Sequence record: MN871446.1
DNA: 64,000 nucleotides
Source of the DNA: Klebsiella phage KpLz-2_45
Direction: 5' to 3' (one strand)
Both the position numbers and the translations under genes were made by a program. Position 1 is the first letter of the stretch, and each line of letters opens with the position of its first letter. Under the pieces are notes generated by a model. It did no database searches and was not told the DNA's origin. It was given only the letters and a program-made list of their open reading frames with translations. This document shows, piece by piece, positions 1 to 8,758 of the stretch.

Positions 1-414
1 TGCGTAGAGAAAAACTTTACCAAGCTCTAACCGTAACCCTGCGTTGATCGCTCTTAACGGTAACGGATGTTTCTCGGTGAGAATGTCCCACTGCTCGGTG
101 AACCCGCGAACGTTAAGGCAATACCCTCCTTCTGACGCGAGACGATTGATGTCGTCACCGGTCATGGAAAGATAGAGGTCTGCTATGTCAACCCCCAACT
201 GGGTAACTGGGAATCGTTTGTTCGGTTCTTTCAGCGCGTATTTAAGTACCAGCGTACTGTAGTGTTCTTTGACGATGTTCTGAATATCAGTTTTCGCCTC
301 TTTCGTTTTAAACGACGTCACTAACGAGCCGTAGTGTCGTAATTCATGGATGACGTTCCCTTGTGTCACGTAACTCTTCGCTCTAATTTTGCCCAGATCA
401 AAATTATAGTACAT
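1..414 (-). CDS. hypothetical protein (N-terminus at 412-414; C-terminus lies beyond window start)
   Basis: ATG (revcomp cat 412-414) opens a minus-strand frame that runs to position 1 without a stop; head-to-tail with neighbouring minus-strand genes. Confidence 0.45.
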   Translation of the reverse strand, partial: MYYNFDLGKIRAKSYVTQGNVIHELRHYGSLVTSFKTKEAKTDIQNIVKEHYSTLVLKYALKEPNKRFPVTQLGVDIADLYLSMTGDDINRLASEGGYCLNVRGFTEQWDILTEKHPLPLRAINAGLRLELGKVFLYA

Positions 415-448
415 TACTCGCTCCTTATTTACTGGCGTGGCGGTACGG

Positions 449-901
449 TTATTGACCAGCGATTAACGCGTTCTCTAACACCAAACGAAGAATCTTATCG
501 TTCAGGTCGTCACGGTTAGTGGGCGAAGTAATCCGCTTTTTACGCAGTCCTTCTGCGACCGTTCCCGTATTGAACTCGAGTGTAAGGTAGCCCACGTCTT
601 CTTTCTTGTCTTCCAGCCAACGATATTCATACTCGAATTTTCTGTCATCATACGCGACAGGGTGGCGAGAAACAATACGGTAGGTGCGGCACATCACTTT
701 ATTTTGAAGATCACTGTAGAGCTTGTAGATCTCCATTTTAGTGACTTGACCTTTGACTTCCCGGTAATTCTCTGCCGAGAGTTCCGCGATCAGTTTACCG
801 TCCTTTGCCAAGAGCAGGTTTCCGTGATGGATAGTCGCAACCATCCCGTCTTCACGGCGCTCTTGTAGACCGGCGCAGCCTGTTAGTTCAAATGTAATCA
901 C
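449..901 (-). CDS. hypothetical protein 150 aa
   Basis: ORF track; no recognisable motif; tightly packed with flanking minus-strand genes. Confidence 0.5.
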   Translation of the reverse strand: MITFELTGCAGLQERREDGMVATIHHGNLLLAKDGKLIAELSAENYREVKGQVTKMEIYKLYSDLQNKVMCRTYRIVSRHPVAYDDRKFEYEYRWLEDKKEDVGYLTLEFNTGTVAEGLRKKRITSPTNRDDLNDKILRLVLENALIAGQ

Positions 902-1406
902 TGAGTAATCCTTTAAAAAGTTTGAAAGCTTCTGGTTGGTAACCGATTTGTTCTGGGGCTTCCGAAGGACTGAGAAGGTAAAACCGATTCTCCTCGTCTT
1001 CTTGCCAAAGGAAATGATCCCGATAATCTAATAACCCATCAGGGTATAAAAGATCGTAATAATAATCCCCTACTTTCAATAACGAATGACCAAAACAAAA
1101 ATCAGTCGGCGTATTGTCGTCGTAAGAAATCTCTTGGTAATAAAATAAAAATTCTTCCGGGTGATCGGTACACAGTTCTTTACCTAAATCACTGATGGCT
1201 AAGCAACACCCTGAATAGACTTCGCCAGGGCCTTGATCCGCTGAACCGTATAACCAGATATCAAAATCATCGCCTGGAACAAAACCGATTTCTTTCGCCC
1301 GCACTATCCCCCAGTCCCAACAATGTTGACCGAGATTTAGGTTGTTAGTCAGAAAGAACTCCTTGTAGACTTTCCTCAACAAATGCAGGTATTCACTTGT
1401 CGTCAT
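888..1406 (-). CDS. hypothetical protein (~172 aa, start moved to internal ATG at 1406-1404)
   Basis: Upstream ORF 1408-1752 stops at 1410-1408, 1 nt before this ATG (TAA-G-ATG), suggesting coupled translation; acidic, Cys-containing, no recognised domain. Confidence 0.45.
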   Translation of the reverse strand: MTTSEYLHLLRKVYKEFFLTNNLNLGQHCWDWGIVRAKEIGFVPGDDFDIWLYGSADQGPGEVYSGCCLAISDLGKELCTDHPEEFLFYYQEISYDDNTPTDFCFGHSLLKVGDYYYDLLYPDGLLDYRDHFLWQEDEENRFYLLSPSEAPEQIGYQPEAFKLFKGLLSDYI

Positions 1407-1407
1407 C

Positions 1408-1752
1408 TTATTCGATCCTGTCGGTGTAATTTCCGTACCACCATCCATCCGGCGCCAACGTGACAACGATCCGACTTCCGCCTTCCAATGGAATCCATTC
1501 CTTATCAAAAACGTATTTAACAGGCCATGATGTCTCGTTGGCACGGACGCGTCTTCCCACGTTACTCTCTAAAGGAAGAAACCGGAATCGAAACATTTCT
1601 TTATTTTCCAGGGTTCCAATTTCTACCTTGACGTCAGGTATTCGACAACTTCTACGAACCGCCCGGGAAAAGGTAGCGATGATTCTTTTTTCATTGCGAT
1701 AAAATTTAACACAAGGTGTAGTTTTAATTATACTCATAGGCAATTTCATCAA
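1408..1752 (-). CDS. hypothetical protein 114 aa
   Basis: ORF track; basic small protein. Confidence 0.45.
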   Translation of the reverse strand: MMKLPMSIIKTTPCVKFYRNEKRIIATFSRAVRRSCRIPDVKVEIGTLENKEMFRFRFLPLESNVGRRVRANETSWPVKYVFDKEWIPLEGGSRIVVTLAPDGWWYGNYTDRIE

Positions 1753-1817
1753 AAAAACCCTCTTAACGATTATAGAACCTCTAGAGACGGAAACGTCTCT
1801 AGAGGGGAGTATTTTAT

Positions 1818-2498
1818 TCAGCGAGGTGAATGGTTATCTGCAAGGGCTATAGGTAACTGGTTCTGAAACGCGTAAAGCGTGACTTCCTGTTTATACGCCT
1901 TGCGGTGATTTGAAACGACGGAGTTGACGTATTGCTTGAATCCGGCAACTGTGCGGGGTTTACCTTTATCAGTGTAGAAGTACGCGCGATTACCTGCTGC
2001 GCCTCCTGCCACCCTTACCGCTAACCGATCATTTCGTGCCTTCAATATTTTCACTGCACCGCCGGGTCCTAACAGATGGGCCATGTAGATTTCATTGATC
2101 CCGACCTGACGCTGGAGTGAACGCTCTAAAAACTCTTTGTTCTCCTTCATGTACGCTACCGCCATAAGCGTGTTCGCACGTGAGTTTTTTACACTGGTTC
2201 CGGGTTTGACCCCGTACTGTTTACCGTACTTCTTTACCGTGGCTCGCCACGTTCGATCTGTAAAACCAAATAGTCCTTTTGCTGAAGAGTGTTTATTGTG
2301 CATACCGGCGCCCATCGTACTTTCAATGGAAGCCATGGTAACCAAGTCAATCATTTTAACGTCGGTTTTTTGAGATACTCGATATAAGGTATCGCTATGC
2401 TTTGCAAAGCCTACGCTATTAGTCGAGACAGATGCGGTTGCTGGGGTAGCAATAATGCTTACCAGGCAAAGGACAAGCGCCCAGAAATAGTTTGGCAT
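1818..2498 (-). CDS. secreted lytic transglycosylase (SLT-domain) with N-terminal signal peptide
   Basis: N-terminus MPNYFWALVLCLVSIIATPATA is signal-peptide-like; MASIESTMGAGMHNKHSSAKGLFGF matches the SLT catalytic E-S ... GLMQ-type block; terminator-like hairpin downstream (1761-1800). Confidence 0.55.
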   Translation of the reverse strand: MPNYFWALVLCLVSIIATPATASVSTNSVGFAKHSDTLYRVSQKTDVKMIDLVTMASIESTMGAGMHNKHSSAKGLFGFTDRTWRATVKKYGKQYGVKPGTSVKNSRANTLMAVAYMKENKEFLERSLQRQVGINEIYMAHLLGPGGAVKILKARNDRLAVRVAGGAAGNRAYFYTDKGKPRTVAGFKQYVNSVVSNHRKAYKQEVTLYAFQNQLPIALADNHSPR

Positions 2499-2594
2499 TT
2501 CTCATATTTCCTATTCAAATCAAAAGAAAGCCAAGGTAACCCTTGGTTACGTATCTCAACGTAACCGGGCATACCCTGACTATAGAAAGGCGAA

Positions 2595-3242
2595 CTATTG
2601 TACCGAAATCACCCGCTCTTTCATCAAAGGGAAATCAAGATTCGTCCGGAAATCGACAATCTCGTGATCAAAGAAGCTGATATAGACGCGTTCACGGTCA
2701 ACCAGATTACCAATAACAAAACGCGTAGTACCGAGTCGGATATGTTCCGCGACGACACTGAATGCGTACAGCAGCTCACCCGGATTAAACGGTATACTGT
2801 TCCCCTCGACGTTATCGACAGGCAATGACAATACTTCTGCCGCCACGAAGATGTGTGTTGTTCCTCGATGCCACCATGCGTATTTGTGCACGCCTTCTTT
2901 CACCTTCAACATCACCGCAGGAATATCCGGGCGAGTGAGATCAAGAGCAATCTGCTGCACTGTTGGGAAAGTCGCACAGAGTTCAAAGAGTACCCAGAAG
3001 AGATCTTTGTGATCCTCTCCTACCGCTGCATTCAGTTCCTCAATAGCGGTTGCGCTACCGTACTGACCGATAACACTACTGAAGACAACGGGTTCGTCCA
3101 ATAACTTGCTCCCTGGGTGTGGCACGTTCTCGAAGTTTTGAGTTTCTTCCGCACTGATTGGAACGGTCAGGGTCAAAGTTTCCGTAGCGTTATCCAACGT
3201 GAAGTTACCGGTCTGGAAGATTTTAAGTTCTGGTTTACTCAT
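2595..3242 (-). CDS. hypothetical protein 215 aa
   Basis: ORF track; no motif recognised. Confidence 0.5.
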   Translation of the reverse strand: MSKPELKIFQTGNFTLDNATETLTLTVPISAEETQNFENVPHPGSKLLDEPVVFSSVIGQYGSATAIEELNAAVGEDHKDLFWVLFELCATFPTVQQIALDLTRPDIPAVMLKVKEGVHKYAWWHRGTTHIFVAAEVLSLPVDNVEGNSIPFNPGELLYAFSVVAEHIRLGTTRFVIGNLVDRERVYISFFDHEIVDFRTNLDFPLMKERVISVQ

Positions 3243-3441
3243 TTTCTTTTCCGTATTAAGGTTAGTCTAACAAATCAAGAGAAGGTAACGTGACTTTGCA
3301 AATCGAAGTCAAGGTCAACTACTTAACCGTTATGACTTTTAGAGTCATAACTCTAAGGATGGACCTACGGTCTAATTAACGCACAGGCTTCGCCGTGCGA
3401 AGGTCAACAGATAAATATAAATAAATTTATTTTTCGATGAA

Positions 3442-3849
3442 TCAACTTTTGTACAACGCGATTACCTTCAAAATCTCACTGACCATCGAATCGGGAAGTT
3501 TGAAATCGTTCCGTTCCATTTGTTCCTTAAAGAGACGAATCTCTTTCAATGACCGATCCACTCGTAAACCGAAACGATCTCCTAACCAGAACAACATCGG
3601 GTTTTTCATAAAACGTTTCAGTAGGCGTTGCTCGGGTTCCGTCAGTTCGTCAAACGTCCGTAAGACTTTAATGCGTAAGAGCAGCGGACGGCGTTTCGGG
3701 GATTCTAAGTAACGAGAGAGACGTTCAAAGAGTTCATTGTCAGAAATCTCTGGATTTTTCTCAGAAGGGATTAACCGATCGATATAGTCATCACTGAATC
3801 CAAAAGAGCGAAGGAAACGTTCCGCAACGTCATAGTGGCGAATGGCCAT
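3442..3849 (-). CDS. hypothetical protein 135 aa
   Basis: ORF track. Confidence 0.5.
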   Translation of the reverse strand: MAIRHYDVAERFLRSFGFSDDYIDRLIPSEKNPEISDNELFERLSRYLESPKRRPLLLRIKVLRTFDELTEPEQRLLKRFMKNPMLFWLGDRFGLRVDRSLKEIRLFKEQMERNDFKLPDSMVSEILKVIALYKS

Positions 3850-3943
3850 GGTAATACTCCTCTAGTTAGTACATTCAATAACGTGATATAGTTTTTAATT
3901 CAATTTGAAACAAAAAAAAAGAAAGGGGCGAACCCCTCTCTTT

Positions 3944-4309
3944 TCAGCTGATCGGAACGATCTCGAGAAACCGTTTACTGACAGTAATACGGCTCCGTTT
4001 TCGTTTCGCCAACGCACGTTCCAGCACCGCCCGCAGTTTGATTGCTTGTAGCCGGGTTAAGTCCCAGACAATCTCTTTGCGCGTGACACATTTCCAGAAC
4101 CCCCAGTAAGCGCCCGTGGAGATACGGATGATATTGTTCTCAGAAGCGATGAGACGCTCTCTCAGCGTCGGTAATTCCAACGTCAGTAAATGACCAGGGG
4201 TTTTGATAGAGTCGGTTAGCTTGTCATTCAGCGCGTTATAGAGCGCTTTCATTTCACGGGGCTCGATAACCATATCTCGATACCCGTAAACTTGAATCTC
4301 AACGGCCAT
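3944..4309 (-). CDS. hypothetical protein 121 aa (paralog A of tandem pair)
   Basis: C-terminal half (WDLTRLQAIKLRAVLERALAKRKR) aligns by eye with C-terminal half of adjacent ORF 4299-4664; downstream A-rich run plus hairpin 3920-3940. Confidence 0.5.
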   Translation of the reverse strand: MAVEIQVYGYRDMVIEPREMKALYNALNDKLTDSIKTPGHLLTLELPTLRERLIASENNIIRISTGAYWGFWKCVTRKEIVWDLTRLQAIKLRAVLERALAKRKRSRITVSKRFLEIVPIS

Positions 4310-4664
4310 TTTTATTTACCGCCATCAGCTGAATTTGAGAAAAACGCACTTGGTTAAAAGACATCACCAGTCGATCAGATTGACGTTTCGCTAAGAAAGC
4401 TTCGCAACGTAACATCAAACGAAACGCCTGACTGCGAGTTAGCTTCCAGTAGTGACGATTGCCTAACCAGATCTGAAGAAGACCGTCGTCAATATCGATG
4501 ACACGGACCAGAATATCTTCGCCCTGATTTTCTTCAAGGTCAGCGGCGATAGTCGCCCGGAGCTTTTTGGCGTAGTGACGACTAAGAACCATCTTAGGGA
4601 CAATAGTATTTTCTTTTTCTTTCGCTGAGTCCCATTGTTTGGCAACGTTCTGAGTAAAGTTCAT
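4299..4664 (-). CDS. hypothetical protein 121 aa (paralog B of tandem pair)
   Basis: Same length as neighbour, similar C-terminus (WKLTRSQAFRLMLRCEAFLAKRQSD); start overlaps neighbour stop by 11 nt; preceded by AACTAAACC leader motif. Confidence 0.5.
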   Translation of the reverse strand: MNFTQNVAKQWDSAKEKENTIVPKMVLSRHYAKKLRATIAADLEENQGEDILVRVIDIDDGLLQIWLGNRHYWKLTRSQAFRLMLRCEAFLAKRQSDRLVMSFNQVRFSQIQLMAVNKNGR

Positions 4665-4732
4665 TTTGAATTCCTTATTGGTTTAGTTAGCATAGTCCTT
4701 CGGTCAAACGACCGAAGGAAGTGTAAATAGGA

Positions 4733-5122
4733 TTAAGCGGCTTCAGCCATTTTGATACGAATTTCTGAAGGGAAATCGAAACCAACTTCTTTCCCTGGGC
4801 GCAATGCTTCCTGACGAGAAGCAACTTCGATGCGAACGTTTTTACGAATCTGAATACCAAAGCCCAGATCGGTTTTGTAACATTCGATGTCACGGTATTT
4901 ATCGTTGGTGTTTTCAATGGCGTTCAGTAACAGCCATTTGATATCACCTTTACGGTCGAAGGCAATGTCTTGCAGCTGCGCATAAAGCGGGTAGTATTCG
5001 GTTTCGAAAAGAATCTGTGCCGGAGTATCGACGAATTCAGTTTCGTGGTAAAGCGCTCTCAGTAAACCGGCGATGCGAGCAGCGGTGATAGCGAGGGTTT
5101 GTTTATCAGTGAAAGTGATCAT
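4733..5122 (-). CDS. hypothetical protein 129 aa
   Basis: ORF track; hairpin CCTTCGGTC-N4-GACCGAAGG at 4696-4717 just downstream. Confidence 0.5.
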   Translation of the reverse strand: MITFTDKQTLAITAARIAGLLRALYHETEFVDTPAQILFETEYYPLYAQLQDIAFDRKGDIKWLLLNAIENTNDKYRDIECYKTDLGFGIQIRKNVRIEVASRQEALRPGKEVGFDFPSEIRIKMAEAA

Positions 5123-5163
5123 TTTTGGATACTCCGGTAGAATTGTTGAGGTAAAAGAATGTC

Positions 5164-5484
5164 TTAGGAAATGTTTTTAACTAACCGTTTGAAGACGCCC
5201 GCATCGATAGTGAAGCAAACGATGCTCGCGGGTTCGACGTAATGATTGGTCAGCGTGAAGATGTAGTCGTCGTAGGTTTGCAGTATCTTCAATGCCGCCT
5301 CGTAGACGCTATGGTCTGCTTTACGAACTAATACAACGGTGTTGTACGAATCCCCGGGCAGGAGAAGGCGATCGCCCAGCGCGTTGGCGTCATCGTGGGA
5401 AAAGATCAGCTCGATACTGCGGACGTCGTTTGATTCGATATCGTTCTCGAGAAAGACCACGGAGTTCATTTTTGAAAAGCGCAT
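5164..5484 (-). CDS. hypothetical protein 106 aa
   Basis: ORF track. Confidence 0.45.
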   Translation of the reverse strand: MRFSKMNSVVFLENDIESNDVRSIELIFSHDDANALGDRLLLPGDSYNTVVLVRKADHSVYEAALKILQTYDDYIFTLTNHYVEPASIVCFTIDAGVFKRLVKNIS

Positions 5485-5493
5485 GTTTAACCT

Positions 5494-6171
5494 CTATTGG
5501 TTGAAAACGGAAATGAAGCGACTTACAACGCGAATACGACCTTTACCCGGACCACGTTTAATTGGGCTCGACAGCGTGAGACGATATGCTTTTATTACAT
5601 CGCCATCAAAATCTACAAAGCCAGGGGCGCTAGGTCCTTTATTTGCATAAAGACCAATGACCGGACTACCAGAAATACCATAACCATTACTTGGCTCCGT
5701 AGAAAACATAGAGTGGTTGGTGGTTTGCTCCGAAAGTCGGAGTAATGCTGCGACATCTTTATCGTTGATTGTGTCAGCGTCTTCAAAAACAACGACTTTA
5801 GAATTATCGGGTGTGCCGTAGATATCTACCTGAGGAGTATCTTCGAGACGAACTACTTCAAACGGTTCTTCTGAAAGCGTAATAATTTCTTTCAATCCAT
5901 CAATGATCGAAGACGCCGCAATAAGGGTTAACTCTTCCCCAGATGGTGTTGAATCACGAATAGAACCTCGCGTTGTTGATACAGAAATTAGCATCCTTCT
6001 CACTGCGCTATTCATTATAAACACTTCGGTTAACGGTAGGTTGTAGAACACCTCTGCGCGCTGAATCAACTGGTAAGCAATTTCAATCCGGGAAATTTCC
6101 GTGTCCTTTACAGTGTCAAACCATGCCAGAATATCTTTAGCCGTTTCTACGGTTGTTTTTAAGTCAGTCAT
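5494..6171 (-). CDS. hypothetical protein 225 aa (first gene of a leftward operon behind promoter cassette)
   Basis: ORF track; cassette at 6188-6262 directly upstream in minus orientation. Confidence 0.5.
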   Translation of the reverse strand: MTDLKTTVETAKDILAWFDTVKDTEISRIEIAYQLIQRAEVFYNLPLTEVFIMNSAVRRMLISVSTTRGSIRDSTPSGEELTLIAASSIIDGLKEIITLSEEPFEVVRLEDTPQVDIYGTPDNSKVVVFEDADTINDKDVAALLRLSEQTTNHSMFSTEPSNGYGISGSPVIGLYANKGPSAPGFVDFDGDVIKAYRLTLSSPIKRGPGKGRIRVVSRFISVFNQ

Positions 6172-6187
6172 TTTCTTTTCCTCTAAG

Positions 6188-6262
6188 CTTAGTTATTCAG
6201 AAAGGTCTTTCCTTTCCTTCTTCACCTTGGCTATATATACATCAAAAAAACTGCATTTCATT
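6188..6262. promoter_or_regulatory. recurrent early-promoter-like cassette, copy 1
   Basis: Minus-strand reading: TTTTTTTGATGTATATATAGCCAAGGTGAAGAAGGAAAGGAAAGACCTTTC ... AATAACTAAGC ... ATG; near-identical blocks at 27138, 30070, 48944, 58230. Confidence 0.55.
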
Positions 6263-6278
6263 CTCTTAGAAAGTTTTT

Positions 6279-7565
6279 ATGTTACCCATTCTAATTTTGA
6301 AGGACACTGTTGTGGAAATCAAAAACCTTTTTGACGATCGTTTTAAGAACGTCGTTTACGATAGTCGCTTTGCCAGGGATGTCGCTGTTTTCACGAAGAC
6401 CTTCGAAAACAAAGGCGAACATGCAAACTTCTTTGGTAGCGGTCTACTCGGCACCGTCAGGATTCGTTGGACAAACACCGAAACCAACGGGTTCTTTGAT
6501 GACATTTTAAAAATCGACCCCGATGACCTGAAAGCTGACATCGACGAACTGGATTGCATCGATCCAAGTCATATCGTGACTACGGACGCCTTTAACTTGA
6601 TGATCGTCTACTGCGTCCATCGTGCGATGACCAGTGGTAAACTCTCAGCGGTACAACGAAAAGAAACCGCGATTAACCTGTTAAGAATTCTCCACTTTAA
6701 ATTCATCTGCGGGATCATCACCCGTTACTTCCCGCATGGAACAGACGTACAGATCGCACTGCGGACGTATGAGGCCATGACTAACCGCTTCGACCTCAAG
6801 ATCTACAAGACTTGGGGCAAACTCATTACGGCCCGCGCACAGTCAATTATTGAGCCTCACGGCATCCACGCGAAAACGATCCAGACCTTCACTGACGACG
6901 ACGCTGTCAAGTACATGCTCTCGGATATCCAGACCCGTATTCGAACCGTGATCAAAACGTTAACGGCGCTCTATTACCAGGTCAGAGAAAACGATGGTCG
7001 AGTTATCTCGGTCTCCAGTATGGTTGAGGTCGAGGGTAACCTCGAGCTGCGAGACGTTAAACGTGCCTTCCCGAAATACCGGCGTTACCTCTTTGAACAA
7101 ATGACTGACCCGGCTAGTTTTATACGTTTGGAGTTAGTGGATATTCTGACAAAGAATGCCCCTTCGCAGAAAAAAGCGTTAATTGCCACGTTGCAATATA
7201 CCAGCTTGCATGTCATTAACCCGGAAACGTTATTTAACACCAACCGTGGGAAAGAAGTTAAGCAGAGTAAAGAAACGCGTCAATTGGTTGAGTTTACGGA
7301 AAGAACGCTCGAATATACTTTCGACTTTATTCACGGTAAGGGAATCAACCCACGCAACCTCGTCGAGTTAATCGGCAGCATCAAAGCGGTATTGAACGCC
7401 TCCCGTAACAAAGAACCGGAGGTCATGTACCTCAGAACCGAAGGCGATAAGATTGTGCGTGCAGCCACCGGTAAACGCGAACCTACGCCAGTCTCTGCGG
7501 AACGAACATCGTTTATTCTGTATTTGATTCTGCGTACCCTGACAATGAACTACTACCAAAATTAA
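6279..7565 (+). CDS. hypothetical protein 428 aa
   Basis: ORF track; lies downstream of cassette 6188-6262; ends at bidirectional terminator 7571-7602. Confidence 0.55.
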   Translation: MLPILILKDTVVEIKNLFDDRFKNVVYDSRFARDVAVFTKTFENKGEHANFFGSGLLGTVRIRWTNTETNGFFDDILKIDPDDLKADIDELDCIDPSHIVTTDAFNLMIVYCVHRAMTSGKLSAVQRKETAINLLRILHFKFICGIITRYFPHGTDVQIALRTYEAMTNRFDLKIYKTWGKLITARAQSIIEPHGIHAKTIQTFTDDDAVKYMLSDIQTRIRTVIKTLTALYYQVRENDGRVISVSSMVEVEGNLELRDVKRAFPKYRRYLFEQMTDPASFIRLELVDILTKNAPSQKKALIATLQYTSLHVINPETLFNTNRGKEVKQSKETRQLVEFTERTLEYTFDFIHGKGINPRNLVELIGSIKAVLNASRNKEPEVMYLRTEGDKIVRAATGKREPTPVSAERTSFILYLILRTLTMNYYQN

Positions 7566-7570
7566 ACCAA

Positions 7571-7602
7571 AAAAAAAGAGAGGGGTAACCCTCTCTTTTT
7601 AT
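7571..7602. terminator. bidirectional rho-independent terminator
   Basis: A-run, GAGAGGG-GTAA-CCCTCTC, T-run between convergent genes. Confidence 0.7.
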
Positions 7603-7609
7603 ATTTTCG

Positions 7610-8656
7610 TTATAACCCGATTTGTTTCGCCAGTCGGCAATAACCACGATAGAATGCGTCGATCAGAAGATTCTCCAGAAGCGGAATGGAAGCGATACTC
7701 TGTCCAAAGACGTTGTAGTTCCAGGTGACGTGTTTGCGTACCGCACAGGTGTTCTCGGGTCGTGGGCCTTTCACCATATAGGCAATATCACCTACGCTGG
7801 AAGTTAACACCCAACGCCCCTGATCTTCCCGGTATTCGACGTCCGTGATAAAGCGATCGGTTTTAAACTCTTCTTCGCTCAACGGTGAACCGATGATATC
7901 TTCCACTGCTTTTCGCATGTAAGAATCAATCAGCGGGATTTTCTCGACGTTTCCGTCGATATGGTAACCAAACCCCTTACCGAGTATTGACCCTACGTAG
8001 AAGCCTTCACAGGTGTCTTTATCGTTGGATCGATTAATCAGCTTTAGAACAAGGTCGGTTGTGCTGTCAAAGAACAGGGCAACGTTCGGGAGAAACTGGT
8101 ATTCACCGCGGCGTTGACAAACCACTTTGTGCGCCCAGCTTAATTCGAAGTGTTCCCGCATGTACAGGATAAAATCTTCACCCAGTTGTTTCTGCCAGGT
8201 ACGGCCGTAAAAGTCACCGGTCCACGTACTCTTGTCGTCGGCCATGGTTCCGACTGCGATCGGGCGACCATTCATCAACAACGTCCGCTGCATGACATGA
8301 ATTTTAAAACGACAGTTGAGCATAAACCGTGCTCGCGCTTTCTGACCAATAAACCCTTGGAAAGCGTGTTGGATCGCCAGGAAACTAAACGGGCTTTTCG
8401 TTTCCTGAGTGAAATGATACCGCGTAGTATCGCCGCCTTCGGTAACGAAGACAAGGTGTTTCATTTCTAAGGTAGGGTTAGTGCTAAACCGTAAAACAAT
8501 ATTGTCGTCCTTGTCCGTAAAGATAAATCCGTTTTCGTTACGATAACCAAAAAGACGATCTTTTTTACTGATCTCCAAAACCCCTTCGTAGTGAAAATCA
8601 GTCCCTGTTTTCTTATCGTAAACGGTACTGTAAACAAACGTTTCTATCGTTGCCAT
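7610..8656 (-). CDS. hypothetical protein 348 aa
   Basis: ORF track; RBS AAAGGAGATCGAC precedes ATG; immediately downstream of terL terminator. Confidence 0.5.
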   Translation of the reverse strand: MATIETFVYSTVYDKKTGTDFHYEGVLEISKKDRLFGYRNENGFIFTDKDDNIVLRFSTNPTLEMKHLVFVTEGGDTTRYHFTQETKSPFSFLAIQHAFQGFIGQKARARFMLNCRFKIHVMQRTLLMNGRPIAVGTMADDKSTWTGDFYGRTWQKQLGEDFILYMREHFELSWAHKVVCQRRGEYQFLPNVALFFDSTTDLVLKLINRSNDKDTCEGFYVGSILGKGFGYHIDGNVEKIPLIDSYMRKAVEDIIGSPLSEEEFKTDRFITDVEYREDQGRWVLTSSVGDIAYMVKGPRPENTCAVRKHVTWNYNVFGQSIASIPLLENLLIDAFYRGYCRLAKQIGL

Positions 8657-8687
8657 GTCGATCTCCTTTTAGTGTGGATAATAAAAA

Positions 8688-8713
8688 GAATGTCAGCAAT
8701 AACGCCGACATTC
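8688..8713 (-). terminator. terminator after terL
   Basis: GAATGTC...GACATTC stem followed on the minus strand by TTTTTATTAT. Confidence 0.5.
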
Positions 8714-8758
8714 TGTTGCGTATTTCAATAGAGTGATATATTCGTCTATTGTTTTCGA

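Noticed and set aside
5292-5745. Plus-strand ORFs (70, 103 and 82 aa) rich in Arg and Ser, overlapping minus-strand genes 5164-6171
   Set aside because: They are antisense shadow frames of the better-supported minus-strand operon and have no RBS.
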